DNA of 64,000 nt, from contig JBHGNT010000008.1 in NCBI GenBank assembly GCA_043228905.1, forward strand, positions 16,430,001-16,494,000, given 5' to 3'. A model generated the notes under the pieces. That model ran no database searches. It was given only the letters and a program-made list of their open reading frames with translations, and had not been told where the DNA came from. Positions 24,995 through 38,300 of the stretch are shown here, piece by piece (the first letter of the stretch is position 1; every line of letters begins with the position of its first letter). A program made the position numbers and the translations under genes. The stretch comes from Azolla caroliniana. Taxonomy: Eukaryota; Plantae; Polypodiophyta.

Positions 24995-25820
24995 GTGCCT
25001 AATCAAGAAGCTGCTAAACAACCAGGTTTTAATCAATATGGCCAAACAAGTCAACAAGTTGGGTATGGTCAACATCAACTCACGTGCTATAACCAACAAG
25101 AATCTGCTCCAACCTATGGGCAAGGGGGTTCCTTTCAACCAGGGTATCCCCCTCAAGAGGATTCAACAGGATCTGGTGGTTCTTCTCAAGGTGGTTATGG
25201 ACAACTTCAATCTGGATATAATACTCAAGGATATGGTACTCAAGGGTCGTTGCCAACTAATTATGGACAACCAAGTAGTTATGGCCAACAACCTTCTAGC
25301 TATGGAGCTTCACAACCAGGATCAAGTGCATTATATGGTAGTCAGGGGCCAATACAACCCCCACCAAACTATGCTATTCAAGGGTCTATTCCTCCACCAC
25401 AATCTGGTTATGCTCACCCTACCTCAGCTCAACAAGGCTATGGAAACTCGACAAGCTATGGAAACACTTATGATGACCATTCTCAAGGCACTGCTCAGCA
25501 TGTATACAATCAAGGTGAGGGGAAAGGTGGTGTTAGTACTGGTGGTTTGGATTCAAGTAATGTGTCTGTTGCATCTGGCGTGGTCTCTTCCACTACAGAG
25601 GGCTGAAATCAAGTAGAGAACTTTTGGTTGCAATTTGGTGGAGTGTCATCCTCTGCAGAGAGTTGAATGAAACCTATGAGGTACTAATGTTTATTTAATC
25701 ATGGAGATTGTGTTTTTGTTATCTAAGACTTTGCTTCCGTTGTGGAAGAGGTCAGTACATTTTGTTGTTTCTTTTTCAGTGCAAATGTTATGTTCCCCCC
25801 TCTTGTTTCAGTTAGTTTTT
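24995..25820 (+). pseudogene. Captured host 3' exon plus 3' UTR: Gly/Gln/Tyr/Ser/Pro-rich tail resembling plant KH-domain (FUBP-like) proteins
   Basis: 203-codon open frame of YGQ/QQGYG/SYG repeats ending at TGA 25606; no in-frame ATG and no upstream exons; T-rich UTR-like sequence follows; lies inside the hAT TIRs. Family assignment is from recalled composition only. Confidence 0.7.
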
Positions 25821-26326
25821 AAGTGACTATTTGAGTAATGACAATCACAAAACTATTTGAGTAATGCAAAATCTCCAGCCATTTTTGTAGAAGAGCAAAA
25901 GGAAGTAGAGGTAGCACAAGCACCTGAACAAAGTGAAAACAGAATTGAAAGGAAGATACAAGAAATTGGCCAAGTATGTCCAAAAAAATGAAGATTGGGT
26001 GCAATTAGAAAACTGTAGACCAACGTGCACATTCTGTCTTCTAACTGCAAGACGAGAGATCAGTTTCTTAACTTTGATTTCAGACAAGCAGAAAGATAGT
26101 ATCCATCCACTGAGAAGGCTGGTTGTCAAAGTCATAAATTGAAATATAAAAGCCTCCGGATCCATCTACATATAATGGTGACTTGAATCGCTTCTTGGAA
26201 TTTTTGTTTGGCAGTGTTCAGGTCTACGAGTGATGCACATATCACAACCATATAAGACAGGAATGAATAATCACAACTATTCAGATGATATCAGTCATTC
26301 TGGAAAGACTAGCAGCAAAAATGGAT

Positions 26327-26387
<61 letters not shown>

Positions 26388-28094
26388 ACCTTAGATGGTT
26401 GAGGAGGACTGCTGCAGGAGATGTTGAATCTATGAGTAGCTGGCAACGAGCAACAAGCTTCCAGCAAGGTGCAGGGCTGAGGGAGCAACGAACAAACAGG
26501 GAAAATGGGGGAAAATGGGGGAAAAGGGGGAAAAGGGGGGAAAAGGGAAGTAAAGATTCATAATTTAGACTCTATTAGTTTTTTTACCTTTTTGTTACAC
26601 ACATAGTTATTAGTGACATATGTGAGCCTTTCAAATTCCTACACTCCCAATGCAACTTGAACAATTTGTTCCTACTACCTAGGACTATACTACTATAGTA
26701 TTGGTCTTAGTAAAATTTGACGGTATTATGAAATTTTAAGCCTTCATTTTTACGTTTTCATAAAACATATGCCCGTCAAGATTGACGGTTTCATTTTAAA
26801 ATTAACTTTCATATACGGTTAAATTTGCCAAAAACGTTCAAAACGGCCGTCAAAAGGCAACACTGCCCACCATTGCCTATCAAAGAAACACTTTTGCATA
26901 GAATAATAGCCAAGAATGCTATCCTACACCCAAAACCCTAGTGAAAGGGTAATGTCATGTACATGAAACTTTCATCACTAGCCTAAGTTCCATCTTTTAT
27001 CAACTTAGGATATACATCATTCTCGTGCATTGCTAATATCGCTTTCTTACCATCAAATAACCAATCTTTCCACGATTCCTCTATCACCTATACCAAAATA
27101 AGGGCCACAAGAATAGCCATTGCAACTATTAATAGCCAAATATAGTCAAATCCAAGAGCAAATGAAACCTAGTGGACATCATCCTAAGGCACGATTTGCC
27201 AATGTAACTCACAAACAAGATTTTGTGCAATTACCATGCCAAGCCATGTCATACGATAAAACTTAGACTTCAGATTTTCCATTCCATCCCAATGTAATAA
27301 CTATGAGGATACGAGCAATTCTACACTCAGGTGGTTGCCACTTGACTAATGCCAAACTCCTTTGCTGAGTGCACTAAGTGTTGAACTACGATGAATCTAC
27401 AATTCTTTTTTCCCATGGTTTACACTAACCTTTTCCACAAAATATCAAATTTTCTCCACCCACAATTGACTTACTATCCACATACCTTTTTAAGAGGCTA
27501 GATACTCAAGCAATCATATGATCTTCCAAATTTAAGATCAATGCTCCCCTTAAGCACTTTGGGGGTACAAATATGGCTTCATGAAACTCAATTTATGCTG
27601 ATTCTTGACACAATGTGCCCTTTGGTTAATTTGCTAAATGATCACGTGATTCATTGTCCATGGTAGCAACGGATAAAATAACAAATCATCGGAATCATCC
27701 AACTCAACAGGAGTCAAGTTAGTTTTATTTTCCCTATAACTTCTTTTTACTAGTTATTTGAACTCTGATCATAAGTAGAAGATTACACACAAAAGACAAA
27801 ATGTAGTATAAATGGCAAAACAATTTCGAAGCATGTGGAAAAGAAATGTTCTCTTGGATTTTTGTTTGATTCTTCATAATATTTGAATATAGCTATATAA
27901 TGGTGACAACAAGATGTAAGCTAGAAGAAGAAGGTAATACAAGATTTCAGGGGGGGTGAGAGGGCATACAACATGTAATGGTTAATGGTTAATGATTAAT
28001 GTATGGGAGGGGAATTTAAAAACCTTGTCATAGATAATACAATATGGTTTGTCATTTGAGAAAAATGATGTAGCAATAAGCTTGGGACTGAAGT

Positions 28095-30855
28095 TTATAG
28101 TGCCATTTCTGCTTGCAATGCAGCAAGTTCCTCTTCTTCTTCGTTCCTATGATGAGATTGAGACTTACTCTGTAATGATGAAGGCTGCCGAGAAGGTATA
28201 TTCATCGGTGGTACCTTTATTGGTGCCTGTGAGATTGTTGGTTTTTGCAAAAGTTGTTCTTCAAGCTCTGCTTCTTCAAGATCTTCTAGCTCGGCTTCCA
28301 ACTCATCCTTTTCGCATAAAAAATAAATATACCATTTCTTTTAGTCGATATAAATCATTTTAAGATTTGTTCAAAGTACTCTCTTCTTTGTGATTAAAGA
28401 AGGATCTTTTTCTTTACCTCGTCGAATTCTGCTGAGCTGCCAATCGGTGCAGATAATGCATCTTGTATTTGCTTCATGTTTTCGGTTTGCTCGTTTATTT
28501 CATCCATTGTTTTATCGACATCATTTATATTCCTAAGAAAGTTCTCCCAATGTAAACAAATCAAACCAAAAAAAATAGATAGCTCCCTACAACATCTCCC
28601 AGATAGAAACCAAAACCAAACATCGAATCTATATTCCTAAACAAGTTCTCGAACAACTTCTATCTATTTGATGTTTTGGAATCGATTACCAAAATAAATT
28701 CTATTTAATGTTTTGCAATCTATTTGAAGTTGTTAGAGATCGATTCCATGTTTGATTTGGTTACATTCGAGAACTAAATCAAACATGGAATCGATCTCTA
28801 ACGACTTCTCCATGTAACGCAATCAAACGTTTATCTGTACCAAGTTCTCCCACATAAACAATTTCTTCCACATGAAAACCGTCAAAGAACAAAATTCTGC
28901 TAAAGTTTTTATTGTTGCACTACACATTGTATATTGTTCTTTGGGGCATAAAAGTTAGTCCTCAAAACAGGAGGCATTTATGGGTTTATAGTTTTGTAAG
29001 CTCTTTTTCTATTCAAAACATATGAAGGGTAAATGGAAATACTCACATTGCTTTTTGCATCGATTTCATAGCCACAGCACCATTCCGGAGTGCATCCACA
29101 GTCTCAGTTGTAGCTTTTGCTCCTTCCAACAAGATTACCTGCCAAAACATAGTACTAGTTAAGTTCATGAATGGTGACATTACATTGACACACAAAATAT
29201 CCCCAAAATCTGGCATGGCCATTACTTACCAGAGGAAAAATTAAGATCAAACTGATTTCTTTTACTCATGTTCACTCTTGGTGGGGTTTTCGTTTTCTTC
29301 CAACAGAATTGTATGTCTTCTTAAATTCTTTTCACCGAAATGTTATCTTAGATTCTTTTTCCTATCCTTTACATGCTTGTATTTCCCATTTTTCTTTCTT
29401 TTATTAGATAAGATGTTGAATGTTGATCAGTGTAATGTGGGATTCCAATCATATACATAGTGATGTATAGCATAGACCTATTTTGTTTCCGAGTTTTTAA
29501 ATTTTTAACTAATGGGGGAATGAAAGAATTGTGTCTTTGTAGTGGGAAAATTTAAAAATAGGAATGAGACAATATGATAACAAATTTGACCTGGTCATGA
29601 ATGCGAAGTTGGAATTTGCCTAATTGTTCAACTTGTGATTCATACAATTTCTTCTTTTTCAGGCATTGAATTGCCGCTGGCATAGAATAGATAAAACAAA
29701 GAATACAAAACATATCATCTTAAAACGATCAAATCAATAAAACTATCTCAAAAATAAGCAGTAAGTAACCTCTTTTATTCTTGAGCCGAGTATACTCTTT
29801 AGCACGTTCAATTTCTTGAGAAATCTTCTTCTGAAGTACTCTCTCTTTCTTCTCCAACATTTCTAGAGTCTGGATATACATAAACAAATATAGAAACACA
29901 TAAACTAAGCTATACAAACTTTCACTTAATCTCATATATATATAAAAACTCTATGAGGTTAATGGGTGTTCATAAAAACAAAAGATGGTCGTTTTTTACA
30001 GTTAGAGCCAAAAGAAAAATTATAAATCTAGTGTTTTTCTTTTTGTGTAAATCTTATGATTTTTGTGCGTTTTCAACGGATTAAGCTAGACACCTATATT
30101 TTTATAGCGCAATCATACCATAAAAGACAGACTCAACAAGCTTGAAACAAAAATGAATTGTAAAGAGAATGGAAGATATTTTAGAACAAATAAGAGATTA
30201 CATCCTAAAATGTTGTTGTCTCATCTTCGAGAATGAAGACTCAAATAAATACGTCTTAAATTACTAAAAAATCTACATAAGTTACCAGATAATGTCTTGT
30301 TAGCTAAGCATTTTTAACATTCTGAGCTTAGATGGACCAAAACATTTCTGCCTCCAAAATATCTCTGACATGAAATGATCCAAAATGGAGAAGTCTCCAG
30401 AGTGAGGGAAGCTCCTTCGGTGTTGGGACATAATGGCATGGATTTTTAGGTGGAAAAAATGGCCTATGAGAACGAATGGGAAATTACATCTTAAAAATGT
30501 CATCGATATCTTTGAGAATAACAAACCAAACCGAATATTAACCAAATTAGTGAGATCTGCCTAAGGTACCAGATAATCTCTAATCTCTTTATAATTCTGG
30601 GGTGCCAATCAACAGACCGACCGGAAGATCTTCAATCAACATGTGTCAATCAGAGAAGGAGTGGTCTCCGAATGGAGGGAAAAACACCTTTGGTGGTATC
30701 AGGTGAAAATGGCCTTGATTTGTCGATTTAACAAGAGTGACAGGGCCAGGTCCAGATGGAGAGAGAGAGAGAGAATTAAATACCTCATGGAGCTGATCTA
30801 GACTTGAAACAGAAGAAGCTTCTTTCTTACTCTTCCCAAACAACCTGCTAAACAT
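28095..30855 (-). CDS. VPS32: ESCRT-III subunit SNF7/VPS32 (CHMP4); exons 30855-30784, 29869-29770, 29676-29591, 29138-29047, 28532-28418, 28307-28095
   Basis: All junctions GT-AG and in frame; MFSRLFGK, TLEMLEKKERVL, KNKRAAIQCLKKKKLYE, LEGAKATTETVDALR, DVDKTMDEINEQTENMKQIQDALSAP, DEDELEAELEDLE, EEEELAALQAEMAL. Confidence 0.96.
28726..28808. repeat. Inverted repeat, 37-bp arms and 9-nt loop, in the VPS32 intron at 28533-29046
   Basis: GAAGTTGTTAGAGATCGATTCCATGTTTGATTTGGTT pairs with AACTAAATCAAACATGGAATCGATCTCTAACGACTTC with 2 mismatches. Confidence 0.9.
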
Positions 30856-31140
30856 GGCAACAACAAACAAAACAAAACAAACAAACAGAGAGACAGGAGG
30901 GGAAGATTTGGGAGAAAGAATAAAAAAATTCCAACCCCCTCTGTTATTACTGATGTTTCAATTCATGAAGAACAAGATTGAAGACAAATGGGAGACAGGT
31001 TTCTTTTTCTTCTTCTTCTTCTTTTCCCTCTCTTCAATCGGAAGCTCCCCTCTGTCTCTCTGTCTCTGTCTTTTTCACTTTCAAAAATGCTCTGTTGCTG
31101 GCTTCCTCTTTTCCTGTCTCTCTCTCTCTCTCTCTCTCTC

Positions 31141-31205
31141 AATTCATTTCAATTCATTTCAATTCATTTTGCTCAAATTGAGATTTGAACCCACAACCAT
31201 TTCAA

Positions 31206-31251
<46 letters not shown>

Positions 31252-31410
31252 CACATTCAATTCATTTTGCTCAAATTGAGACTTGAACCCACAACCATTT
31301 CACTTCGAAGACAATAATCAAATCTATCTATCTATCAATCTCAAACACATTCAATTCATTCAAACAATTCATTCTGCTCAATTTGAGATTTGAACCCACA
31401 GCCATTTCAA
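31141..31410. repeat. Three ~45-bp direct repeats separated by (CT)n in the VPS32 upstream region
   Basis: ATTCATTYTGCTCAAWTTGAGAYTTGAACCCACARCCATTTCA at ~31162, ~31260 and ~31367. Confidence 0.88.
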
Positions 31411-31749
31411 TCCGTTCTCGAGAATTCATTCAATCCCGACAAATCCCGACAATGTCTCCTGCGCCCAACTATATATAACCTCCCGAAACCATCGGCCCAT
31501 TCTCTCCCATACTCCCATGCCATCCATCACCTTGATCCATATCTATACAACATATCTGTACAACCTCGTTGCTCTACCCCCCATCAAAATCTCAAGGAAA
31601 CCTAAAAAACAAGGAACCATGTTCGAATTTCCGCTGATTCGATCGGTGAAAATCACAATGAACCATGCGTGCTCTTTGGTTTCGTGACATAGGAATTCCA
31701 TTTTCCATGTTGCATGGTTCATTGCGGTTTCGAATGGAAGAATAGAATG

Positions 31750-32010
31750 ATAGTATAGAGTTTAATGAGTGAGCCGGTCAATAAGCATCGTTTTCTTTCG
31801 AAGAAAACTAGTCGTTATTAGAGTTCTCTCTCTCTCTCTCTTTGCTTTGACTTCTTCCCATTACAATATCATTGTTATCCATGAACTCCAAGTCAAATGG
31901 AAGAATATATAAGAAGTATAGAGCTTATCGGCGAGTCGGTCAACAAGCATCACTTTCTTAGAAGAAAACTAGTGGTTATTGGAGCTCTCTCTCTCTCTCT
32001 CTCTCTCTGA
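31750..32010. repeat. Imperfect ~165-bp tandem duplication ending in (CT)n
   Basis: GAG.CGGTCAA.AAGCATC...GAAGAAAACTAGT.GTTATT occurs twice. Confidence 0.75.
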
Positions 32011-32847
32011 CTCTTCTCATTATGTACTTATGACAATTCATACAACACCATCGTGAACCGCAAAGCTCAACCAACTTTTCTCTTTTTCTTTTTCTTAATC
32101 AACTTACCCTAATAGTAAGCTATTATGTGATCAACTCACGACCTTGCGTTTAATAACATTTTTCCTAAACTATAAACCACATTAGTGTGTCAAACTCGCA
32201 ACCTCATGATCTCCAAACGTTTAGCACAATCATCTCAACTGTAGCCTTGTTGGCTCTCTTGCTCTCATATTGCCTTAACTTTGTCTCTTTCCATTGCTCA
32301 AGACTTGGAACTACCATCTTTATTTATATATATATACATTATATACATACGTAAAGAGGGGGGGGGGGGGGGGGAGATGCGATAAGGAATAAAGAAGGCA
32401 TAAAGATATTAAACTCAATATGGAGTGTTTGTGCAACGGAACAGAATGGATAAAGTAAATATGTGAGTGTGTATGTGTGTTTAAGAGATAAGGTTAGAGA
32501 GCAATAGATTTTATATCATCTTTGGAGGTCAAATATGATCTATGAGACAAAAAACATGTAATGTTTCCATGTAATACATGTGTGAGTTGCAAGTTTGGAC
32601 ATTCAAGAGATTTACTAACGAATGTCACAATTGAGAGTGCGCACTATGACTATGAGAGAAATTCATGCAAGTATTGGGTTGGCTGTTAGACGTGTGCAAA
32701 ACATAATTGAATGTGATGAAATGCAGGGCATTGTATCAAAGTGTGATACCCACACTCTCAAACTTGTTTAGGGAAAATGCACATAGTCAACTGGTCTCAT
32801 CACTTGTGCCCTAAAATCCTTTATCACATTGAAATCATCACAAGGTC

Positions 32848-33027
32848 AAATGGAAAAAATGGTTTGAATGGTGGACAATGAAATAGATAGATAGATTCCT
32901 TTTAGTATCCACAAGAGAACAATTGTGATTAGACCAATGGAAAAAATGGTTTGAATGGTGGACAATGAATGAAATAGACGGATAGATTCTTTTTAGTATC
33001 CACAAGAGAACAATTGTGATTAGACCA
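32848..33027. repeat. ~87-bp tandem duplication followed by (GT)n(GA)n
   Basis: GGAAAAAATGGTTTGAATGGTGGACAATGAA...GAACAATTGTGATTAGACCA occurs twice. Confidence 0.9.
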
Positions 33028-33077
33028 AACCTAGGTTCTCTCAAATTTATGAGTTGAATGCTAGGGTGTAAATTACT

Positions 33078-33154
<77 letters not shown>

Positions 33155-33961
33155 GACGATGTTGGAGAATGCAAGGAATCTAAACCATGAAGAGAGACAT
33201 TTGAGCAAGGTGACAAAATTTGTAGTATTTGGATTCCAAGAGCTCTAAAGTTTGTTGTTAGTCATGGTGGTGTTTTCTTTTGCAACGAAAGGCATTATTT
33301 ATGGAGAGAGACTGAGAGAGAATCATGTAACAAAGAGAAAAAATGTATATTAGTAATAGGAGATAATCCGCAACAAATCAATCAACGTTACAGAAGAGGA
33401 GACACATGTTTTATATCGTAGTTATTCCTTATGGCAATAAGGAGGTGGATTTTAATGTACAATCACATTGGACATAGTTGAGTTTGATTTTCACCACAAA
33501 GCAACCTTAATTTATAAGTGATGTCAACATTAAATTATAAGTGATGACTTTGTATGAAGGCAATGTTTTCACATTGTGCTTTAGCATTCTTGAAGATAAT
33601 TATGCCCCACTTACGTTGGGCAAGCATCAATTCTCAAAAGTAGGCATCTTTATTCCAAATCTAATCATACACAAGCATCCATCTATGTCATCAAGGATAC
33701 TCACAAACAAATTACATGGCAAAGATTAAAGGAATGTGAGTTATCACAAATCTTATTTCTCCTTAGGATTTTTGTTAGGGAATTCCCATTCCCATTATAT
33801 ATTTATAGTGGATTGAACACCCAAACCCAATGGATAGGAATCATATGCTTTATAAATAGATTATTAAGATCTTGTTTTTAGTTTTTTTAAGAGAAAACAA
33901 GTATTATCTATTGAAATCCTTGTACTGTGGTTAGGGTTAGCATGAGAACACACAAACACAC

Positions 33962-34002
<41 letters not shown>

Positions 34003-34267
34003 TACAATGAGCTACTATATTTAGAAATACTTTATGGCTTTATATAACCTTGATAACAAAATTGTGACTAACCCTAGATACTTTTCACATGAGGTTCCCT
34101 ATCTAGGGTACGTTCACACACACACACACACACGTCTAGGCTTACATTTCTAACACTCTTGCTTAAGACTAGGTGCTACAATGTAGGATTACAAAATGTC
34201 CGCTACGGACAAAGTGCTTATGAACTCTTACAAAAAACCCACAATGGGCTAAGGCTACACGCTATTG

Positions 34268-34760
34268 CTATCTTGCTAGCTCGTTAGCTAGCTTGTTCCT
34301 GTTAGTTCTTGATTGGCCTGCTCTACTAGTTCTTTGTCCGCTATTGCTGGCCATCAAAGTTTTGAGACTTGTTGGAGTTGTTACCTTTTGAATTACTTCG
34401 ATCTTTGCTTCATCAACATGAATTCCTTCTTGGCACGCCACATTTTCCACATTACGTTTTCTTGTATATACGACAATTTCATCTAGAAGCTCATCTCGGA
34501 AAGGACGTGAAAATTGATCTCGTTTGGTTGAATCAATCAAGGGTTTGAAGTTGATGTCATTCTTCTTTTGAACCAAAACAATAGGTGACACACACTTCAA
34601 ATCCTCCATATGATAAATGAAACTCACTTTGCAACAATGCTTTGAACTCCTTTATAAGTCTTCCTTTTGCACAATCCCCAATTGTCAAAGCTTTTGGGTA
34701 ACTGGTACACTTTCCTTCAACTTGATGTGGTGCTTGATGCCTTATCTTATCTCTGAATAA
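34268..34760 (-). mobile_element. Heavily deleted Gypsy RT remnant
   Basis: VSPIVLVQKKN..NFKPL..TKRDQF.RPF.DELLD and EGIHVDEAKIEVI..P fragments. Confidence 0.7.
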
Positions 34761-35399
34761 TCATCTATGAATAACTTTGGAAACTTAGAAAGAAGAGGAA
34801 TAAACCTTAGATCCTCTTTTTTTTATCAAGAAAACATATCCTTCCATTAGTTTTAAAAAGCATATCAACTACAAAATACAAAATAGATGGAAAGGAAGTG
34901 ACTATCCTTCCCTAATCTGTCTTGTGTAAGACAATATGGCTAGCCATGAATCCTTCGTTTGATAGACTTGATTGAGCACTTCCTCAATAGCTGAGGCATA
35001 CCATGAATTTGCATATGCTTGAAGCAAATCAATCTTCCTCATCATGTTTATGTTCAACATATCCAAATATATAGAGTCCACAAACCTACACTTTGAATTG
35101 AATGCATGTCAAACAGTTCTTGTGCTTGTGTTAAGATATTATTTTTTGCATACATATAAAATAAAACATATATAATATCTTGAATTAGTGCATTCTAAGA
35201 AGCCACATCCCAAACCGGAAGCCCCTGAAGATCGATTATGTGCGGAAACGTATGTGTGAGGATCTGTCGAAGTGTTCGCCAAACAACACAGAAGGAAGAC
35301 AAGAGAATAGAGAGAAGATATATGTGGTTTTAGCTTTAATGGAAGCTTTGTTATTGCATTCTCTTTCTTTCTTTCTTTCTCTCTCTCTCTTTGAGACAC

Positions 35400-38300
35400 T
35401 GTTCAAGAACGATCAAGAAGTCATCTTTTACAACGTTAGGTTATTGCTTATATACTAAGCCCTAACTATATGGACAAGTTCACACTAAGATACAAAGTGG
35501 AAGGAGTCAGCCTTTTATGCCAACAAAATCCCCCGTAAAAGGACTACTCTTTCCTACATGTACATGTGTTTGAGGTTGTCTCCCCGTAAACCTAGATTAC
35601 AACACTAATCTAAATTTATGTTACAAGTCGGTCGGCATATAGTCGAGTCGGAAAAGGTGAGGTCTGTGTCGAGCCTAGCATGACTCATTATCATGATTGG
35701 TTTGGTCGACTCTTACCTTTTGCTCCTCGTTCGGCTTTCTTTGTCCTTAGTGCTCCAAAGCGTTGATCTAGGAGTGGCTTCGTCAGGCAATCAACGATGT
35801 TCACCTTAGTGTCGATCTTCTAGACTTCAAGCTTCTTCTCGGTTATGAGCTCCCAGATGTGATGATATCGCACCTCAATGTGTTTCGTCTTTGAGTGATA
35901 GACGAGATTGTTAATGAGGTGAATTGCGCCCTGTGAGTTGCAATAGATGGTCAGCGTTGGTCGGTCAATTCGGCTTGTAGATGAGAAGTCGGCAGACAGT
36001 CGGTGCAGCCAGATCGCTTCCTTCGTTGCCTCCGATGCTACTACCTCTATGGTCGACAGGGCCGTGCACTCTTGAAGCTTTGAACTCCATGATATCGCAC
36101 TGCCACCATAGGTGAAGATGTAGCTCGATGTCGGCTTTTGATTGTCCGATTGTCTGATTGTCCGATCGGTGGTATCCAAGCTGCTTGATGTAGGAGTTGA
36201 ACTTTTGGTACCACATCCTCGGCGCTTGTTTCAAGCCATAGAGGCTTTTCTTCAGTCGACATACGAGGTGACTTTCCTCCTTCGTCGTCGTGAAGCCTGC
36301 CAGTTGAGACATGTAAATGTCTTCTTCTAGATCTCAGTGTAGGAATGTTGTCTTTACATCCAGCTGCTCTAGCTCTAGGTCTTTTGTCGCCACAACTCCT
36401 CGTAGGAGTCTGAGGGTGGTCATCTTGACTACTGGTGAGAATATCTCGTTGTAGTCGACCCCATGTTCTTGTTTGAACTCTTTCACGACAAGCCGAGCTT
36501 TGTACTTGAGTTTCTCTAAGTCAGATACATATTTGTATCGAAAAACCCATTTGCAAGATAGTGGCTTTCTTCCAGCTGGTAGTTCGACCAAATCCCATGT
36601 CTGATTCTTGTGAATCGAGTCGATTTCGGATCATGGCTTGTAGCCATGTATCGGCGTCCATTGCGGCCATAGCTTCTTCATAAGTGCTTGGTTTGCTTGC
36701 ATTAGTGTAGTTGACGTAGTCGAGGCCAGGTTGGTAGAACTCTGTCTGCCTTCGAGCTCGTCCAGATCTCTTGGGTGCCGAGATTGATGGTTTAGATCCT
36801 TCGATCGACTTAGTTGGTTGATCGATATTTGTTGAGCCACCTGTGTCAGGAGCGTTGTTGGATGACCCGCCCCCATGCTGGGATTTCGGTGGTGTCATGG
36901 CGTTCTCCCCCGTGAACTTTGTTGACTCGGGTCTGTTTCCAAATCGCATCATGTTGATTGTGCCTTGTTCGACTGTTGTTGAATCGGATCTGTCTTTGAT
37001 GGCTTTGTCTTCGAGTTCGAAGTCTACTGGACCTCCTACCAATTCGAGTCAGTAGGTATGTTGTCGGCTTGGTCGAGTTCGACTGTTCGTTGAATCTCTG
37101 AGTTAGCCCAATGGGTTGGTCCTTCTACGATGTCTCTATCGTCTCTTAAGGATACCTTTTTACTGATTATTTTCTGTTGGTTCCGTTGAGAGAAGATAGA
37201 GTCTTCATTGAAGACTACGTCAGTGCTCCGAATCAATTTCCGGTTCTTTGGATCCTATAGCTAGTAGCCGAAGTCCCCATCGGTTCCATAACCGAGAAAT
37301 ATGCATTTCGTTGCATGGGGTACTAACTTAGTCCTTTTCTCCCTGGGGATAAACGCGTAGGTTTCGCATCCGAATATACGGAGCCTATCATAGGTCAGTT
37401 TTTTGCTTGACCATAGTGCCTATGGCACTTCAAGCTTGATTACTTTCGACAGTGATAGATTTACCAAGTATACTGCCGTCTGCAATGCCTCAACCTAGAA
37501 ATCCAACTTTAGTCCAACTTATTGGAGCATTGTCGTCACCCTCTCCTGGATCATTCGGTTGATCCGTTCTGCCACTCCATTCTACATGGGTGTGTAAGGA
37601 ACGGTCTTTTGATGCCGGATCCCTTTGTCGGACAGGTACTGTTTGAAGGCTCTGGAGGTATATTCTCCTCTGTTGTCGAACCGGAGTGTCTTCACTCTGT
37701 ATCCCGACCGGTTCTCCACTTCAGATGTCCACCAAGTGAAGACCTCAAGCGTTTTGTCTTTGGACCTAATCGACTAGGCCCAAACCTTCCATGTACAGTC
37801 ATCTACAAATGTGATGAAGTACCAGGAGCCTCCTAGTGATCGTTCTTGCATGGGCCCGCATATATCTATGTACATGAGCTCTAGGGGATGTCGTACTGTC
37901 TCATAGTGAAGAGAGCGCGGACTTTGGGTCTGTTTCCCGTATCGACAATGCTCGCAGAAGTCCGTCTTGGATTGGAGTTTCGGAATGTAGCTGACCGCCA
38001 TTAGCCGATCGAGTCCGGCTTGAGACATATGGCCAAGTCTGCCATACCATAGGTTTGGGTTGGTCTTTTCGACTACATTCACGGCCCCTTCTGGATTGAT
38101 CCCCATCAATGGGTACAAGTTATTGTACTTGTGCCCGCCTCCTATCTTCAGGTTTCTTCGGTTGATCATCCATGTTGACTCACTTAGAGTTGTTCGATAC
38201 CCGTCTTCGGCTAGCATGCCGATGGAGACCAAACTCCTTTTCAGATCAGGTAAGTGCCGAACTTGGTGCAAGGTGATCATGTTGCCATTTGGCAATAGGA

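Larger units (their letters stand above)
21723..26865 (-). mobile_element. Complete hAT DNA transposon (ZNF862/DUF4371-type transposase) with internal cargo
   Basis: Perfect 20-bp TIR CAGTGTTGCCTTTTGACGGC (21723-21742 and 26846-26865); 8-bp TSD CCCACCAT (21715-21722 and 26866-26873); subterminal GCCCGTCAA..TTGACGGTTT at ~21782 and ~26771. Confidence 0.97.

Noticed and set aside
24995-25606. Independent intact glycine-rich protein gene
   Set aside because: No in-frame ATG or upstream exons; bounded by direct repeats inside a transposon
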